From: Zygophlyctis sp. KS116
Taxonomy: Eukaryota > Fungi > Chytridiomycota
DNA length: 10,144 nt
NCBI GenBank assembly: GCA_054661495.1
Contig: BAAFSQ010000334.1
Location: 1-10,144, forward strand
Reading direction: 5' to 3'
Shown: piece after piece, positions 7,296 through 10,144 of the stretch
Numbering within the stretch: the first letter of the stretch is position 1
How the letters are laid out: every line of letters starts with the position of its first letter
Position numbers and translations under genes: made by a program
Notes under the pieces: model-generated
Told to the model about the DNA's origin: nothing
Seen by the model: the letters and a program-made list of their open reading frames with translations, nothing else
Database searches by the model: none

Positions 7296-10060
7296 TTAAT
7301 TACGATTTATTTCACGGGTTGTATCCCATAATGAGCGAATCGCCAATTTAGCTTTAAAATATTTAAAATCTTCCATTGTACTCCAGCATTTGAATTTGAT
7401 TAATTCAGATTGACCTGGGAGCAACAAAAATGCATTTTTGCTAAATCTTCCATCGATCGGAGATTCTAGCCATACGAAGAGAGCAACCGCGCATGATGTC
7501 ACATAGAGGCTGAATGTCCTTAAATCAAGCTGTTGCATTTCTGAAACCTGGATTTTTGGATCCGCAAGCTTTACTGATTCAAAGCTGGAGGGAAAATATA
7601 AATTAGATATTGTTTCAACAGAGGGCACTATTTCCCAATCATCATCCGATCTGATGCTCCCTTTTCCAGAAAAAACGTCACAAGAAAGAAAAAGAAAGAC
7701 TTCGTTTCTATGAAGCCCCATTCTTTTGATCATATCTCGAAGGCAATCAATTTTGTATATGCACTTCGAATTATTCTCTGAAACGTCAAAGGGAACTGAA
7801 AGAGTCTTTTTATGACTATTTGTGTACGTTATAAAATCAATTGTCACAATTCCTAAACATCAAGAAAAATACATACCTTGAATCATTCCCAACGTATCAT
7901 TTGATAAATGAATTTCACACTCATCATGATTTTCAAATACTGAAACTATGACAGGGGAGAAAAAATCTTTAACGAAATAATGCAAGACTTTCCAATTTCC
8001 ATTATATTCTATTGATGACCAGGTAGGTGCCTATATTTTATCTTTTCTTCTCACTATACCTGCCAAATATCATTACATTGCCAGTATAATGCACCCATAC
8101 AGTTCGATCTTGAAGACCTCAATCTTCGATAGTGTTCGGATTGTGCCTTTACACATATCGCCTGTGTAAGCTGCGAAAGATAACAAAAAGAATCAAACTG
8201 ATTCGCACTAATGCTGGTAGATTCCTCGAAAAATGGCAATCTGAAAAAATCTTTAATTTGTGAGATAATTTCTTCCATGCCATTCTTATGATGATTACGC
8301 TAAAGCAATTATTTTTCCAAACTAACCTGTATCCAAAAGGACGATAATGGATGCCAATCAGAGCTATCGCATATATTCCTTACAGATGAAAAAGAAGGCA
8401 TGGATTGAAATCCGTATTCTGGAGAAATCATTCATAAGAATCATACCTGACATAAATCGTGGGGAGCGAAAAGTACTGACATCTGTACCTTTGTCTTTGT
8501 AATTATAATAATGCGCATCCCCATAATCATCATCATTTCCAGTGTCAGAGATAAATCTTTCAACAAAAGGCAAAGTTGAGATAAAGCCGTTATTAGGAGA
8601 AGATGAAATAAATTGTCTATTAGGATCCAAATCTAAAACGGAGGCCATGATTGTTTCGTGATAGAGACGATGATAATCAATTGTATATATAAACGGATTT
8701 CTTTTCGTCGCTAAATACCATCCGTTCACCAATGCTTCTTCATTTTCATTATTTCCAGACCATAAAATTAAACACGGATGGCTCATGAGTCGTTTCACTT
8801 GAGTCCGTACTTCTTTGCTCACCGTGCTTAAAAATGATGCATCTACTGGATACATGGCACACGCAAACATAAATTCTTGCCAGATTAAGATTCCCAATTC
8901 ATCACAAATTTCATAGAAACAATCCGGCTGATAAATCCCGCCTCCCCAAACTCTAATCATATTCATATTTGCCTCTTTACAGCTGACTAGAAACTTTCTA
9001 TTGTTAAAAGGCAAAAATACCTGATTTTAGAAGGTGCGACTCTTGATTCAAAAGCATCCGCGGGAATCCAGTTTGTTCCTTTTGCAAATATATCTATTCC
9101 ATTCACTCTAAAGAAAAATGAAGCTCCTGGCCTACCATCTTGATATTTTTCTTGAACCAACTGTGCGGTACGAAAGCCAACTTTTTTCTCAAACTTCCCC
9201 AAAGCAATAGTGTCTGGAGAGTCGTGTGATAAAACAGCTTGGATGCTGTAAAGTCTTTGTGTCCCATATCCTGCTGGATACCAAAATTCAACCTTATCCA
9301 TTGGTATAATCATCTTTAAATTTGCTTTATCCCCACTACATAATAATTTACATGATTGATCTAGTTCTTTAATCTCAAGAGAGACATAGTATGATGTCAT
9401 TCCATGAGAAACAACCCAAATATTGACGTCCAAAACAAAATTTGAATCTCGCAATGTTAGATCCACGGTCCAATCAGTCAGATACACAGATTTTGAAATA
9501 CCTATTAACTTCAAATCTTTCCAAATCCCAATTGGAAGACAACACGGCCCCCAATCCCAAGAAAAGCTGCATTGTTCTTTTCTAATGAAGTTTCTATTTT
9601 TAACACCATTTTGTTCTATTGCAAATCCATCTGGAACAGGATAAGGATAATCGATTGATTTCCTGTAAGCCCATTCTACCGGATTTTTAAAATATAATTC
9701 AAGCCTATTTTCACCAGTAATAACTGCTACTGAAAACATATATTTGACAAACTGATTATCAGTAGCTCCAATTTCCTTTCCATTCAGGATAATAATACAA
9801 ATAGTATCTAGACCTTGGCATTCTAAAAAATACTTTCCATCGACTTTTGAAATATAGAAGATTGTGGAATACTTCCAATCAGTCGTGCCAACCCATCTTG
9901 TTTTTGTATCATTCAGATTTATATAAGGATCTTGAATTATACCAGAATTTAATAAGTCTAATTGAACCTGTCCAGGGACTTTTGCATCGACTTTAATACT
10001 TTCATCAGCATTACTTACTCTCCAATTACTGAATGGGCTGGACAGTATTCTGATATCCAT
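7296..10060 (-). CDS. Beta-mannosidase, glycoside hydrolase family 2 (MANBA/MndA-like), 877 aa
   Basis: Exons 10060-9021, 8997-8447, 8418-8327, 8299-8060, 8030-7877 and 7852-7296 total 2634 nt in one frame. Motifs: VPGQV..DL....I.DPY, IRKEQCSFSWDWGP, KGTNWIPAD, NMNMIRVWGGGIY, CDELGILIWQEFMFAC, WSGNNENE (acid/base Glu), RFMSEYGFQSMP (nucleophile Glu), [21 protein letters not shown]. Confidence 0.95.
7853..7876 (-). other. 24-nt intron in beta-mannosidase
   Basis: GTATGTATTTTTCTTGATGTTTAG, phase 1, with an in-frame TGA. Confidence 0.88.
8031..8059 (-). other. 29-nt intron in beta-mannosidase
   Basis: GTATAGTGAGAAGAAAAGATAAAATATAG, phase 0. Restores [11 protein letters not shown]. Confidence 0.93.
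8300..8326 (-). other. 27-nt intron in beta-mannosidase
   Basis: GTTAGTTTGGAAAAATAATTGCTTTAG, phase 0, with an in-frame TAA. Restores WIQ|RNHH. Confidence 0.9.
8419..8446 (-). other. 28-nt intron in beta-mannosidase
   Basis: GTATGATTCTTATGAATGATTTCTCCAG, phase 1. Restores SEYGFQS. Confidence 0.94.
8998..9020 (-). other. 23-nt intron in beta-mannosidase
   Basis: GTATTTTTGCCTTTTAACAATAG, phase 2. Joins KIR and KFLVSCKEANMN. Confidence 0.9.
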
Positions 10061-10108
10061 TGATGAAAGACGTCTGGGCAGCTAATATCAAACCTCCGCA
10101 AGTAATTC

Positions 10109-10127
10109 ACCGTGTAATTTACACGGT
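10109..10127. repeat. perfect 9-bp inverted repeat with a 1-nt spacer upstream of the beta-mannosidase start
   Basis: ACCGTGTAA-T-TTACACGGT, read directly from the sequence. Function unknown. Confidence 0.75.
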
Positions 10128-10144
10128 TTGCTGATTAGATCAAT

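Noticed and set aside
9103-9644. ORFs 9103..9291 (-) and 9423..9644 (+)
   Set aside because: Both are nested in beta-mannosidase exon 1 and have no independent support.
1-10060. Functional gene cluster (esterase, Golgi tether and mannosidase as a glycan pathway)
   Set aside because: The functions are heterogeneous and interleaved with mitochondrial genes. Adjacency is explained by general genome compaction, and no synteny evidence is available.
1-10144. Prokaryotic operon, or a cluster of frameshifted pseudogenes
   Set aside because: The genes are eukaryote-specific (COG7, QCR8), and every break is repaired precisely by a GT-AG intron with catalytic motifs intact.

Overview
Eukaryotic nuclear DNA from an AT-rich, extremely compact genome. 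A fungus of an early-diverging (chytrid-like) lineage is inferred from gene content and intron style; this is not proven. The fragmented ORF track resolves into six protein-coding genes once ultra-short GT-AG introns of 23-29 nt are spliced out (13 well supported, 2 candidates). In order: (1) a 5'-truncated SGNH/PC-esterase-like gene (+, <1-1302); (2) an apparently intronless signal peptide + ankyrin-like + C3HC4 RING gene (+, 1375-2325); (3) COG7 (+, ~2354-4723); (4) QCR8, cytochrome bc1 subunit 8, absent from the ORF track (-, 5002-4713); (5) an Aco2-type aconitase/homocitrate dehydratase (+, ~5057-7295); (6) a GH2 beta-mannosidase (-, 10060-7296). Gaps between coding regions are 72, 28, -11 (overlap), 54 and 0 nt. 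The most notable items are the miniature introns, the candidate secreted RING E3 ligase effector, the hidden QCR8 gene and the near absence of intergenic DNA. No mobile element, tRNA, rRNA or CRISPR array was seen.
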